Part shown: piece by piece, positions 51,794 to 64,000 of the stretch | Numbering within the stretch: position 1 is the first letter of the stretch | Layout: each line of letters starts with the position of its first letter | NCBI GenBank assembly: GCA_003427395.1 | Contig: BFEA01000041.1 | Span: forward strand, 376,143 to 440,142 | Length of the DNA stretch: 64,000 nt | Source: Chara braunii | Lineage: Eukaryota > Plantae > Charophyceae | Reading direction: 5' to 3' | Made by a program: the position numbers and the translations under genes | The notes under the pieces: model-generated | Database searches by the model: none | What the model was told of the DNA's origin: nothing | What the model saw: the letters and a program-made list of their open reading frames with translations, nothing else

Positions 51794-52608
51794 TTAACTG
51801 GTCAACATCGTAAAACTTGCCTTAGGGACTATTAGCCAATGAATCCCTCTATCCTAATAGGACTTGACATCCACCCTGGATGTGGTTGGAATGATGGAAA
51901 CGTCCGTGGAAGTAGTTAGAGAAGTTCATACTAATTTGTATCTCTATGATTCATTAATTGATATTGTAATCCTTGAATGACTCAACTTCAGCTGCCTTCG
52001 TGCTTGTTGCTCGTAATTGCGTCCTGACGTGGCATTCAAACATAGAAATTGCTTGGTAGGACCAGAAAGGGACTAAAGTCTTAATCGATGTTGCTCGAAG
52101 CGCGTATATTTTGCCTCGTTAAAACCTTACGTCATGGACACCAATTTTACCCTTATGATTACTACGTGCATCACCACGTTCTTAATTGCATAACTGATAT
52201 ACCGGCCTTGCTGAAATTGAGACAAAGTTTCGCCGATAGTCCCTCACCTTGTTGGAGGTCATGAAAACGAGCACTCATGGGTAGGGATAGGATGCTATGA
52301 ACCTCGGATTGAGTGTCAAGGTGGAATTAAATACTATGTCAGTGAGTGATTCGGATGGCTGTTAATAAAATATTTTTTTGAGGAATGAGTGGTTATGGAG
52401 TTGAAGATGTAATTGTCCCTATTATGGGAAGATGGCGACTCATATAATCGTGAGTAGTAGGGGAGGGAGGATAGGAAGAGGGTGCAGGGATGAGCATAAC
52501 CATATTAGGTTGATGTAGACACGAGGAAGTATGTGGGATGTGTGGGTTCAAAATCTTCCAATTTAACAGTATAAGTCACTCATTAGGTTGTTTTATATAT
52601 GTCTTTAC

Positions 52609-53165
52609 ACCACCACTACCCCCGCCAGCCTAAAATGGACTTTCCTGGCCTTACGGACCAGGTTTTTAGGAGGGGGCGACGACTTGCAGGCGCAAGCGGA
52701 TCCGGTCCAAGATTTTTCAAACACGAACTTTGACGATTTTTCTCGCTCAGAAACATTGGCAGAAAAATCTGAAAATTTGATATCTTGTACATTAGGCCAT
52801 AATCTTTTCAGGAACAATATAAAAAAAATGAAGCAAAAAAATTTAGACGGCTAAGAAAATATTGCGTCATTTCATCACATTTTTTATTTTTGTTACTCTA
52901 CCACGTATGAGCCAAAGGGAAAAGTAACCCAACTTTCGTGATTTTTTGCGATCAGAAGGATGATCCCACAACTCTAAAAATTTGAGGGTCTGTAGATTTT
53001 GTAGTGATCTTTACAAAAAAAAAATATTTAAAAAAAAAAAAAATTTTGTACCGCGAAATAAATCGCGAGGGTAATTCGACGCATTTTTTAATTTTGCCAC
53101 TTCGTCAGTTCCCCCCACTGTGTTACTGGTTCCTCCTAATTTATGACGGCGGGGGTAGTGGTGGA
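52609..53165. mobile_element. TTAA-family MITE
   Basis: TTAC|ACCACCACTACCCCCGCC ... GGCGGGGGTAGTGGTGGA|TTAA. Confidence 0.75.
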
Positions 53166-53906
53166 TTAAACATTATCTTTCATGACATTTTTTGTTGCTT
53201 ATTTGCATAAATGGGATGTTGATTCGCATCGTAGTACATTGAATGGTTGTTACTTATGCTTATTGGGATTCCTTGTTCTATTTGGGATCTACACTATGTT
53301 GAACTTCGGTTTATACACTTGGCATTTGATACTAAATTGATACTTGGATTGGTTTCGCAGCAGCTTGATATGCCAATGAGTGTCATGATCAGTTGAAGTT
53401 ACGCACACCATGAAGTCGTCCTCGATGTCTTGGTTGGCGCAGTAAAAGATACGTGTTCTTCGAGAATTCCTAAGAGTAGTTGGTTTATATTATATATTAT
53501 GCTTTGTACCTTATCACTTAAAGTGGTTTGCTAAGTGATTGACTCACAACCTGCTTCAACATATATGTTACTGTGACTTGATTCCTTGTGTTTTTTTCGA
53601 AAACCTGTGTGACAAGTTGTTATTTCTCTCACTTTGTTTTTTCGGTGATCAAACGATCGTGAATAACACTTCATTGATCGCCTTAGTTGGTGACATGTCA
53701 GATCCCCAAGGTGGTGGTTTCGGTTTGTATCATGCATAATGGAATTCAGTAAAAGAATGTTTGTTGTGAAGTTTGGTCATCGGGGTGACGTTTTAAATAT
53801 TTACCATACACAAACACACAATGCGCACACTTAGTCTCTCTCTCTTTCTCTCTCTCTCTCTCACTTTTTTTTTTTTTTTTCTTCCTTCTTTTTCTCTCTC
53901 TCCCTC

Positions 53907-53970
<64 letters not shown>

Positions 53971-56003
53971 ATAGAAAAAAAAAACTATGTTGGTTTTTAG
54001 GTCCTAGCAACGTTGAAGTTATTGGAGCAACATTTAAGGGAACATCCGTGCTAAAAGCAACAGTGCATGGTGCAAAAAACTAATTTTCAACGTTGCAATC
54101 GTGATATAAATGTTGCTTAAGTCACTCGTAATATTGAGAGAATTAACAACAACATTGTTAGAAACCTTTTATATTGCTATAAGGATTTTTCAAAATGAAA
54201 GAGAGAAAAAAAAATAAAAAGATGAGTTAAACCAAGAGAGTAAGATAAAAATGTTGGAAAGGTGGTTACGTTGTGGTAACAAATACCCTAGGATACTTAC
54301 CATGGTTTTTACAAATCGCAAGAAGTGTGTCTGTGACACTAAAACAAAAAAAATTGAGGTATTTTCAAAGCGAGTTTATCATATACCTTTGCATATAACA
54401 ACAAATTGTTAACAATTTATAAACAATTTGAGGGAGGGGTTCATATATATATACAAAAAGACAATCAATTTGGTTTAGAGAAACATTGGTTATGGTTGTT
54501 TTAAACTTTATACAACCAGTTTAACAACGGTTATATTATGTTGAAAAGTTTACTTATGTGTTGAAAATTTGTTGATAAACAATTGATATTATGTCGAAAT
54601 CGTGTTGGAATAATATGGTTGTTCATTATGTTAACAACTTAACATATTTAGACTGGTAAACTTTCAAAATTATATTATATCATTATTTTCATAGCGTCCT
54701 TACGTGTTTATGATGTGTTGTTGTTGTTGACGCCATGGAAAACCAACTCTATAATTTTTGAATCTAAGAGATTTATGCGTGTCTCTCCTTCTTCCCCCCC
54801 CCCTCCTCTCTCTCTCTCTCAATAGAAGGTTGTCATAAATTTATTTCTCATAGCAAAAAATCGCACAGATTCTCTATAATACCTACCACGGTCATTGCAC
54901 GCCTTCTAATTTGTGTGCAATTGAATAAGTGTAGTCACAAATCGATATGCGTCTACCTCGCAACATAATTGTGAAACTTCAGAGTTGAAGAAAACAATGC
55001 AGAAACATTCGATGGTCAGAAACGTTCGGGGGTCAACTTAGGGGCCTCCGTAAATTCGGGCGTTTGGGTTCCTGTACGGGGCCTGAACCGAAAGGGGTTC
55101 GGACCCCGCAAAAAAATATTTTCACCCATAAATATTATTAGTTTTTTCGAAATTTTATTTTGTGAGTTATTTGCGATGTAAGGTATGTCCATCTTAATTT
55201 TGAAGTTATTTTGTTAAAAAAATAAATAAATAAAAATCGGCAAAAACGGTGGTGTCAAAACTTGCTTACCCACTTACTTTTTTTTTTTTTTTTTNNNNNN
55301 NNNNNNNNNNNNNNNNNNNNNNNNNNNNNNNNNNNNNNNNNNNNNNNNNNNNNNNNNNNNNNNNNNNNNNNNNNNNNNNNNNNNNNNNNNNNNNNNNNNN
55401 AAACATCTTTCTGTTTTCTTTTTCTTTATTTTGGATCACGAAAAAAATATTATTTTTTCAAACTTTATTTATAGATTCTCTATTATTGAAGATACACATA
55501 GATAAATTTTCATGGTATTTGTCATAGCCAAAACAAACTAAAAAATCACCAAAGATGGCGATGTCAAAAACGTGCTGGTCCACTCAATAATTTCATTCTC
55601 GTTTTATTTTTTTTAATTTTTTATTATTATTATTTATTTTTAGTATTTAATTTGTGTTTCAAATTTAGCAAAGAATTTGGATGTAAAATTGAGGTAAATG
55701 TTCTTTAGTTTATTATTCTGCATAACATATATATTTTTCAGATTTTTTTGGAATTCGTTTTTTTTTTTTGGGGGGGGGGGATCCGCGTTCGACCGAACGG
55801 CCAAACGCGTAGATCTGCCCCACGTTTTTTAAGGCGTATGACCTAAGCGTGATGTATCAAGGTGAAGAGTGGAGTATCAAGGATAATTGTGGGTCAGTGT
55901 GCCTAGGAGACGGATCTCGATTGTAGATGTGAGGAGACGAAGCGAGTTGGAAAGTAAGCTTCTGATACCAAGAAGCGCAACGTAACACTGGAGGTGAGAG
56001 GAT

Positions 56004-57233
56004 ATGAGTCAGTCTGGTGGTTCGGCGGGGACGGGGGGAACCAGCGGGGGTAGTGGGCTGCCCACTGCTCCTGTGAGGACCCACCTCATACTGGGTAAGA
56101 CGTGTTATAAATGTGGTGAGGCTGACCATTTCACGAACGTCTGTTGAGAGTATCATGAGACGAAAGCACGGGAAGTGGCCTTCGTTCCTCCACCACTGAG
56201 ACCAAGACTAGGGAGGTTGGCATCCACGCACAATGAGCATCCACGAAGCTTGTCAGCCGATAGTCTGGCAAACAGGAGTGGGTCAACATACATAGATAAA
56301 TTGATGCGAGAATACTTCTTGGAACTGGAGGACGAAAGACGAGTCGGGAAGGAACAAGAGACGAAAGAACTCGAGGAGAGGAAAGTTGAGGAAGCGCGCT
56401 TGGAGAAAGAAAGAAAAAGGTTGGAGCGATTGGAAGAACGTAAGAGATATGAAGATGAGAGAGATGCGAGACTTCTACGATTGGTGTGGGTGGAATGGGG
56501 TAGCAGCACAAAGCAGGAAGCCGAGAAACCGGAGAAAAAGAAGGTGTGAGTTAATGAAAGAGGAGAAACGGTGGAAGAAGAGAAAGAAAGGCTGAAGAGG
56601 GAGATTGCGATGCAGCAGAGCTTTGAAGAAAAAGAAGATACGGAACTTATACTACTAAGAAGGCGTGCTGCCAGGATCAACATCAATGATAAGAGACGGC
56701 GCGATCCTGAGGGCAAGATGGCCTGCGCAATGCCTCAAATTACGTCGACTAAGGGACCTCGAACTGGTCTCATGGCGGATGCCAGAGGAGTAAGGCCAAC
56801 ATTGAGCACTGATGCGAAGAACATAATTGACGAAATTAAGAGTTGTGAAGGCGAAAAATCGACTTCTGCATACGCGATACTCTCGCCAGTTGGAAAACTG
56901 TCACTGAGCATGAAACATGTGTCAGCTGGATGTGGCCCGGGGGATAGGGAGAAATTCGAAGTGGAGTGCCGTGACTTATTTGAGGCACTTACAGTGGATG
57001 AAATGAAAAGAGTTTGCAAGAACGAGAAGATTGGCTATGTGAAACGAGACGTAGCTATCAAGCGGCTCATAACCAGAAGACTGTTGAAAGCGTACGATCC
57101 TATCAATGTACCACTACCGGAACCGTTGAGAGAAGCACCGATTATGCCGAGATCTGCCAGATCGGCACGACCGAAGCCTAGCATCGAATTCGATGATGAG
57201 GAAAGTGAATATGAGGATGAGGATGAGGGGTGA
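56004..57233 (+). pseudogene. PLE upstream gag-like ORF: CCHC zinc knuckle, coiled coil, SAP-like helix pair
   Basis: Single frame from ATG 56004: MSQSGG...KTCYKCGEADHFTNVC (CX2CX4HX4C, 56103-56144), E/K/R-rich coil, LTVDEMKRVCKNEKIGYVKRDVAIKRLI. In-frame TGA at 56145 and 56547. Confidence 0.8.
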
Positions 57234-57245
57234 TGCGTTTGGCGC

Positions 57246-60143
57246 ATGTGGAGAAACATTGGAGAACTCCGAAGCCTGAGATCGCGATATAGTTGCAATG
57301 ACGAGACAACGGAGAAGTGTTTACGTGCGATGGCGATTGGACTGACTTTGAAGGGAGAGATTCCATGGTGCGAAAAGTTCCTTGATTACTGGCGTGATGT
57401 GTGCGCCACGGACAACCTGGATTTGAGGAAACCTGTTGGTTGCGTTTATGCCTTGGTATCGCCATGGTATAGACAGACTTACATTGGGATGACGGAACGT
57501 GCATTAAACATGAGGTGGAAGGAGCACGCAACAAGAGGAGCAAAGAAGAAGAACGGAGTCGATAAAGGAAGATGGAACTTGTACTCTTGGATGAGAAAGG
57601 TTGGTGTGGAACAATACGTGGCTATTCAACTGTTCCCAAATCCGGATAGACTGAAACTTGAAGCGGCGAAGAGGTCGACGATCAACACGTGGTCTCCCTA
57701 AATCAATACAATGATGAAGAAACGGAGAACTAAGAAGAGACGATGATGCGGGAAGAAAGAACGGCGCCGGGAGAATAGGAAGATTGAAGTAGCGACTCCA
57801 GCAATGTACGCAACGGCGGATTCTAAGAAGTCTATACGGACCAAGATTCTTACTCTGAAGGACGATGATTCATTAGAAGGGACGTTTCGTATTGTGAGCT
57901 TACTGCGTAGACTAGCGAAGAAGGGGAAAGGGAGAGAATATAAATTGACGAGCAACGGTGGGCGGGTTTGGACCGATAATAGCGGGTGGTGAGGAGAGTC
58001 TTTGGTGAGACGAGAGTGCTCGTGGGTAAGCGGACAACGCCGTTACGAAGATGTGAGAAATTGTTTGAGCAAGAAGGGGTCGTTAAGATTCGTGATGTGA
58101 CGGAAGCATCACCATCCACGCTGAAACTGAAAGATGAATTATTTAGAATGTTTAAGTATAAGAAGAGACAAAAGAAGTTGGGTGGATTGCGAATCGAGGA
58201 GTTGATCAAATACTACGCAGCGACAAAAGTGTTCTCGACAAACAGAAGTCAATCGAGGGCGAAAAAGATGGTTTTCGACGTGGTGAAGAAAAAGTTTGGG
58301 ATACAAATCAATACGCGTGTGGTTACGAAAGTGAGATTTGATGATCGGGTGAAGAAAGGGGACGTGGTGACATTGATGAAGCGAAAGATCGACGGCCTAC
58401 CTCTTGATGCTTCCGTGATAGGAATGGTTAAGCAACGATCCCGAGTGGTTTGGACAAGAGGTCCCAACATCGGTGATATTATCCACAATCATCGCCGGTA
58501 TGTGGCGAGTGGAGTTGCGAGGTGCAACTGCACCGGATGGTCCCTACCCAAGAAGGAGGGACATGTCCATTTGAAATTGGGAGCTTGGGAGAACTGTCCG
58601 TCGATCGCAAGGAATGCAAAAAACATTCCGAGAGACTGGAGCACCGAATGCGAGAAACAACTGAAAGGGGAAATCCTTTCGGCGCTCCATGGCATTAATT
58701 GGTTGAATGTGGACGTAAGTGGCGAAAGTATTAGTGACGATGAAGTAAGGGGATGTGTGAATAACGTTGAAGGGATGGGTGCTGGGAACATGGAATCTGT
58801 TGCTGAGTTGAAGAAGAGACTTGAGGGTTTTGTTTGCACTCCATTGGATAGGAATCCGAAGGAGACGCTGGTGATGTGTGATGAAGTGTATGCTGCTAGG
58901 ATGGGTAGCACATTCATCAAGAACGAGGGGTATGAGATCAGATTGGGGGACGAAGGTGACATCATTGCTGCAATGAAAAGAGAGTACAAAAAGCATGATT
59001 TCGCATGCTATGGAAGTTGGAAGAAGGGTGGGAAACTTGGGTGCGCTTATATACTACCGAAACACAAAAATATTTCGAAGTTTAGGCCGATCTGCCCTAC
59101 GTTCAACGAGCCAGCCAACCAGATTTGTCGAAGGATCTCTCACGGGCTTTAATCTCCCCGAGAGTGAACATTTTAATTTGAGGTCTGTGCATTTGATGAC
59201 GATGAGACTCACGAAGGTGAACCAGCGATTGAAGAAAGGGTGTGCGAATACCGGTGTGATGGCAGCTTCCTATAACATAAAAGATATGTTTAGTAAGTTG
59301 CCTCACGGGACGATCCTGAGACCTGTTGAGTGGTGTATATGGTGGTACGAATCAAAGGGTTTTCGTGGAGTGTTCATAAAAGTGAGGGGGAAGGGCGCAA
59401 AGCTCAGCAAGTGTCATAAAATTGATGGTTTTAAGTTTGTGAGTTTTTCTGTCCTGTTTGAATACGTGAAATATGATCTTGGTAACTGTTTCACGGTGGC
59501 TTCGGGAATCATTCTCAGACAGACTGTGGGAATCCCAATGGGTAAGGCATCAAACCCCCCATTGGCCTGTCTGATGTGCGTTAAATCCGAATGGGATTTT
59601 CTGCTCACACTGCAATGTCAAAAGAAATTGGTGGAAGGGATTAGATTTGTGGATGACTCGTCGGTGTTTGTAGCTTATAACAAGAAGAGCGTGGCATCGG
59701 TAAGCCGAGCGAAAGAAATACTGTTGGCTTACGAATCCTGCTACGACACGAACTTGACATTGAAGAGAACCGACGATGAGGAGATGGAATGAGACTTCTT
59801 GGGGTGCCGCCTTAAGATCAGTAGTGAATTTCCTTTTTCAAGTTGCCATCAGGTAATGAAGAATGAGATAGACCTGTTGGTTGGCGGTGACCTGACATTT
59901 CAAACTTTCTAGGATTACAAGTCATGGAATGGAAAAAAGGCTAAGATGGCGGCTGTTACAAGCTGCTTACACAGGATACGTCAGAACTCCATCTCGGGTC
60001 CTGGAATGGTTGGAGCTGTAATTGCACTGAGAATGGAACTCCGGAGGGGGAGCTACCCTGAAGAACTGTTTCGACAGGTGCTCAAAAATTTTGCGAGAGA
60101 CAAGGAAAGAATCTGGAAGATGATTGCTGAGTTGGTGTGTTGA
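57246..60143 (+). pseudogene. PLE GIY-YIG endonuclease plus reverse transcriptase (disrupted)
   Basis: GCVYALVSPWYRQTYIGMTERALNMRWKEH (GIY-YIG); RCNCTGWSLPKKEGHV; YILPKHKNISKFRPI; SYNIKDMFSKLPH; QTVGIPMGKASNPPLA; IRFVDD. Stops at 57699, about 57744, 59790 and 59910; frameshifts near 57985 and 59148. Confidence 0.92.
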
Positions 60144-63062
60144 TGATGTGTGTAGGCTAGCCGGGGGTGGGATCAGTGGGACTTGACATTTGTGGGAGTA
60201 GACATGTGATAGGTGTCGTGCTTAGGTAAGTAGATACGTAGGATTGGGGTGATACAGCAAGGGTTTGTAGCAACCTGGGTTTCGACCCGTTGATCTTCCC
60301 CACGTTTTTTAAGGCGAATGACCTGAGCGTGCTTGCCGCGAACAACGTTTTTCGCTGCAGATCGTTTCGGTTCGGAATCGGGAACCTGGGCTGTTTTTTT
60401 TATCTGTTTTTTTTTATCTGGTTTACCGGTCTGAGCGACCCGGTAGGGCCCTGACCTCTAGTACCAGTTATACGGATTTGTGACGAATAGTCTAGATGCA
60501 GCCGTAGGTACCGCGCTAGTGGAAATAGTTACGGGAATAATGTGTATTAATAGGATGGTTAAGAAAACATAGCGTTGCGCACTGTGTGTGCACAGGAAGT
60601 CAGAGTGGACTGATGGTGGTTTGAGGGAGGGTCTGCTCTTAGTTGGTGGGTTCCGCACTGACGCTTAGCGTTGCGCTTCACGAATTTGTCAAGAGCAAAT
60701 ATGCTACGGGCGATAATTTTCATTTGTTAATTGCTACTAAAGTGATTTTATCTGTTGTCTTGGTGTGTCGTGCCCCCGGGCATGACTCTCATGAGTATGA
60801 AATTTCTAATGCAAATGCGTAGAGAGGGGGTGTCGAACGTTCGGGCGTTCAGCTCGTCCCAAACGCGAGCAACCCTGTATATAATTTCCAAAGTTTAACA
60901 AAAAAAACATAAGTAATGGCAATGAGTTTTTATTGATGATTACTAAAAAGTTTATGCAAGTTACAGGACTTGAAGACGTCTCTCCACTCATCAATACATA
61001 TGCAGACGTCAAGGTATAACCCGTACAAACTTCCCCCGATGTGCATGTCAATAGAATAGTGTCCATGCATGAATATTACAACAATACAAAACCGCCACCG
61101 AAGGTACAAGAAATGTTTTTAAATTTATTATAATTCACAGTACATTTGATACTACACGAACAATTATAACATAAAACTGTCAAAATTGTCGTAATTAAAG
61201 TGTACAATGAAATCTCCTAAATTTGTTGCTTTAACGAGATGTATTTTTTTTTTTTTTTAAGCAAAAAAAATATTTCGAGATAAATAAGCAAAAAAAAAAA
61301 GGAAAAAAAAATCAACATACAATAGCAAAATCTTAAATTGTGGTACGTGAGCTTGAAACGGATTATACCCCAAACAAAAGAATAAAACTCTTATTCAAAG
61401 TGCTGGTGGTCATAGCGAATGAAAAAAATATTTAAAACTCACATAAAATTGTCCCCGCCTACGAGATAATATGATTTTGCAAAGATACAAAGTCCACAAA
61501 ATCGAAGAATAGGAGAGTAATTTTTTTGACATCATATAATTCATACACTTATTCATCCCACCACATGAAATGAAGCACAATTTTATAGTATTACACAATT
61601 TGTGTACACAACTCAAATGACATTTATACATGAGAATGAGTATTGTACAAAAATATTTTCGTTATAATTCATTGAAATTCATAGCGACAACAACCAGACT
61701 TTTAACATATCGTCTCAATTTAAAAAAAATATGAAAAATAAATACAAAATATGAAAAAGACTTCAATGATCATCTTCAACTATATTAATAAACTAAATAT
61801 TCAAGTTATAAAAAAAAAAGACTTGTGTTGCGCAGTAATGTTTGTTATTCCTATCTATCTATATCTGTATAAAAATAAGGTTTGGTTTTCAACAATAAAT
61901 GAAACATAACAATTTTACTCTATGATGAATATGAGCATAATACCAATGTACTGACAAAAATAACTGTCGAGATCAGATGTGAAACAAACGATAAATAATC
62001 ATTTTTCTCAAACAAATAATAAATATCATTTATTGGTAATGCTTTTCGTGTCCATACAAAATGTGAAGGATGAGCACAAAAAGGTTTTATCGTACTCTCA
62101 AAAAGTCACTCTCCACACTATGGAATACAAAAGTGGCGACTGTGTCAATAATTGCACGTGTAGGTAAAAAACATGCATCTTAATCATACTATGTACGTGT
62201 GATCCTACCTTTGCTCTGCAAAGTTAAACATTAACAGACAATAACATATAAATTATTGATAATTGCAGATAAATATCTAAATATGCTCCGGATTTGCGTC
62301 TTCTATTTTCATGTGTTTTCTCGTCACAACAAAGTTAAACCATTGTGTTGAAAAAAAAAATCCTCGTCGATGAACAAAGTGTCACGTATGTCACCGTCTG
62401 CTTTAACTGACAATCATGCTGAAAAATAAGAAATGCTTTGTCTATCAAAGTTGTTGAAATTTACAAAAGTGTCCCATGCTTCGATCGATTTAATGATATA
62501 ATTTTTTATGGCAGCCAACTCAAAGATTTTATCTGTTATGAGTCCTTTAGGGCGAGCCTGCAGTACATCGTTCCGTATGACAATCTCTGCAAATGTGAGT
62601 TGTTGAAAGGATAGTCTCACTCCTTGTCTTTTCCTCACGTGTTGGAACATCCTTATGAGTGTTTGTTAGAATGCTGAATCACCCGACGACTCTCTTCCAT
62701 TCAGTACGTCGAATATTCACTGTCTCTGCATTTATATATGCACATTTCATTTTTACGTCACAGAGTACATTTGACATATTATCCGCAAATTCGTTTCAAC
62801 CAACATTTTTTGTGGGTGTTGATATGGAGGACGTTACATATGTCATTTCTCTAATCTTAGGTGTTGATGTCTTTGTCAGCAGCGGACGACATGTACTCTT
62901 CCTTTGCCTCTTGTCAATGTTTTTACCTTTTTCTTCATACTGCTTTCCCATTCAATATCGGTTTTCTTTCTTGGTCTGATATGCGTTTATTTTTCTTCAC
63001 ATATCTCTTCCCTTCTCATGCATACATGGTTGTATTTTTGACTTTTTAGTAATCTTTCTTAA

Positions 63063-63420
63063 ACATTCGGTCCCCCCGCCACCGAAAACCCCTAGTCCCT
63101 GTGAGTTAGGGTCGGGTTGTACGGAGGGGCGGCGACCGTAAGGAAGCGCCGGGTTGTACGGAGGCCGACGAGTCCAATCCCGCCATTTTGCAAGCGGGAA
63201 CTTTGCCGATGTTTTGTGCTCAGAAACAATCATCAAAATGTCTGAAAATTTGAGGGTCAGTGGATTAGGTCGTGATCTTTCAGGAAAAAATATGAAAAAT
63301 AAATAAATAAATAATTTAGACGGTGAAATATTCGCCATGCCGATGCACGGAGGCCCGTTCGGTTTTCCACGTTGTACTACCGGTACCCGCGAGGTTTCTA
63401 ACATCAGGGGGACCAGAGGT
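63063..63420. mobile_element. TTAA-family MITE
   Basis: TTAA|ACATTCGGTCCCCC ... GGGGGACCAGAGGT|TTAA; internal homology to 51398-51793. Confidence 0.75.
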
Positions 63421-63560
63421 TTAACTATAAATTACTCGCAACGTTGTTTATTCGAGATCAGTCTTCCCTGCCGATCAAACATACCGACAATGAAAGTGAA
63501 CATTTTTATATATATATATTTAAGTTTCTGCAACTTAATTATTACTTTATATTCTTATAC

Positions 63561-64000
63561 ACAGGGTTGCCAGCGTTCGGGACGGCCCGAACGCCCAAAC
63601 GTTCGACACCCCCTCACGACTCGTTCGGCCGTTCGGCCGAACGTGGATCCAAAAAAATAATAAAAAAAAAAATAATAATAATAATAATAAAAAATAAAAA
63701 CAATATATGTTATGTAGAAGAATAAACTAAACAACATTTTCCTCAACGTAATGTCCAAATTCTTTACAAAATTTTAAATAAAAATCAAAATTTATAAATA
63801 AATAATAATAATAAAAAAAATAAAAAATAAAATAAGAATTAAATTATTGAATGGGCGAGCACGTTTTTGAGACCCCCATCTTTGGCGATTTTTTATTTTT
63901 TTTTGACTCTGACGTATGTCATGAAAATTTATATATGTGTACCTTACATAATAAAGAGTCTACAAATAAAATTTGAAAACATAATAAATTGTTTTATGCC
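63561..64000 (+). mobile_element. hAT-like non-autonomous element, runs off window end
   Basis: Starts CAGGGTTGCCAG with subterminal CGAAC/GTTCG repeats; uninterrupted sister copy of the PLE-split element. Confidence 0.75.

Larger units (their letters stand above)
55814..60811 (+). mobile_element. Penelope-like retroelement, Naiad/Chlamys type (N-terminal GIY-YIG), decayed
   Basis: 12-bp TSD caaacgcgtaga (55802-55813) / caaatgcgtaga (60812-60823). Terminal partial direct repeat (pLTR-like) 55814-55850 = 60294-60331, followed by a ~480-bp 3' tail. Encodes GIY-YIG, a CxC..GHV motif and a PLE-type RT. Confidence 0.9.
55420..60877 (-). mobile_element. hAT-like non-autonomous element (CAGGGTTGC terminus) split by the Penelope insertion
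   Basis: 55420-55813 joined to 60824-60877 is the diverged reverse complement of 63561-64000; terminus ...gcaaccctg at 60877. Confidence 0.75.

Noticed and set aside
56145-59792. In-frame TGA codons in the PLE as selenocysteine or programmed readthrough
   Set aside because: TAA and TAG stops and two frameshifts are also present, and the TGAs fit TGG/CGA transitions, so ordinary decay explains them.
62414-63000. Minus-strand peptide fragments with a CRDCH motif (possible transposase Cys-rich tail)
   Set aside because: Too degenerate; no catalytic motif or consistent frame is recognisable.

Overview
Eukaryotic, transposon-rich genomic DNA with four assembly gaps. Plant-like DCP2, very long TE-filled introns and a Chlamys-type Penelope element suggest a streptophyte alga such as Chara; this is inference. 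One intact host gene can be reconstructed: the mRNA-decapping Nudix hydrolase DCP2 on the minus strand. It has 8 coding exons from 45909 to 22532, about 512 aa, a 13.2-kb first intron and a U12-type (minor spliceosome) second intron. The rest is mostly mobile-element debris: a disrupted pogo-type DD35D transposase with an apparent C-terminal OTU-like domain (1-1692), a Ty3/gypsy integrase remnant, an L1-like ORF1 remnant, and a decayed Penelope-like retroelement. The Penelope element has an N-terminal GIY-YIG, an upstream gag-like zinc-knuckle ORF and a 12-bp TSD (55814-60811). Several non-autonomous TIR families are also present: a swarm of ~105-bp TA-flanked MITEs in DCP2 intron 1, TTAA-flanked ACC...GGT elements, and hAT-like and Harbinger-like MITEs. 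Many tandem duplications and microsatellites occur throughout.
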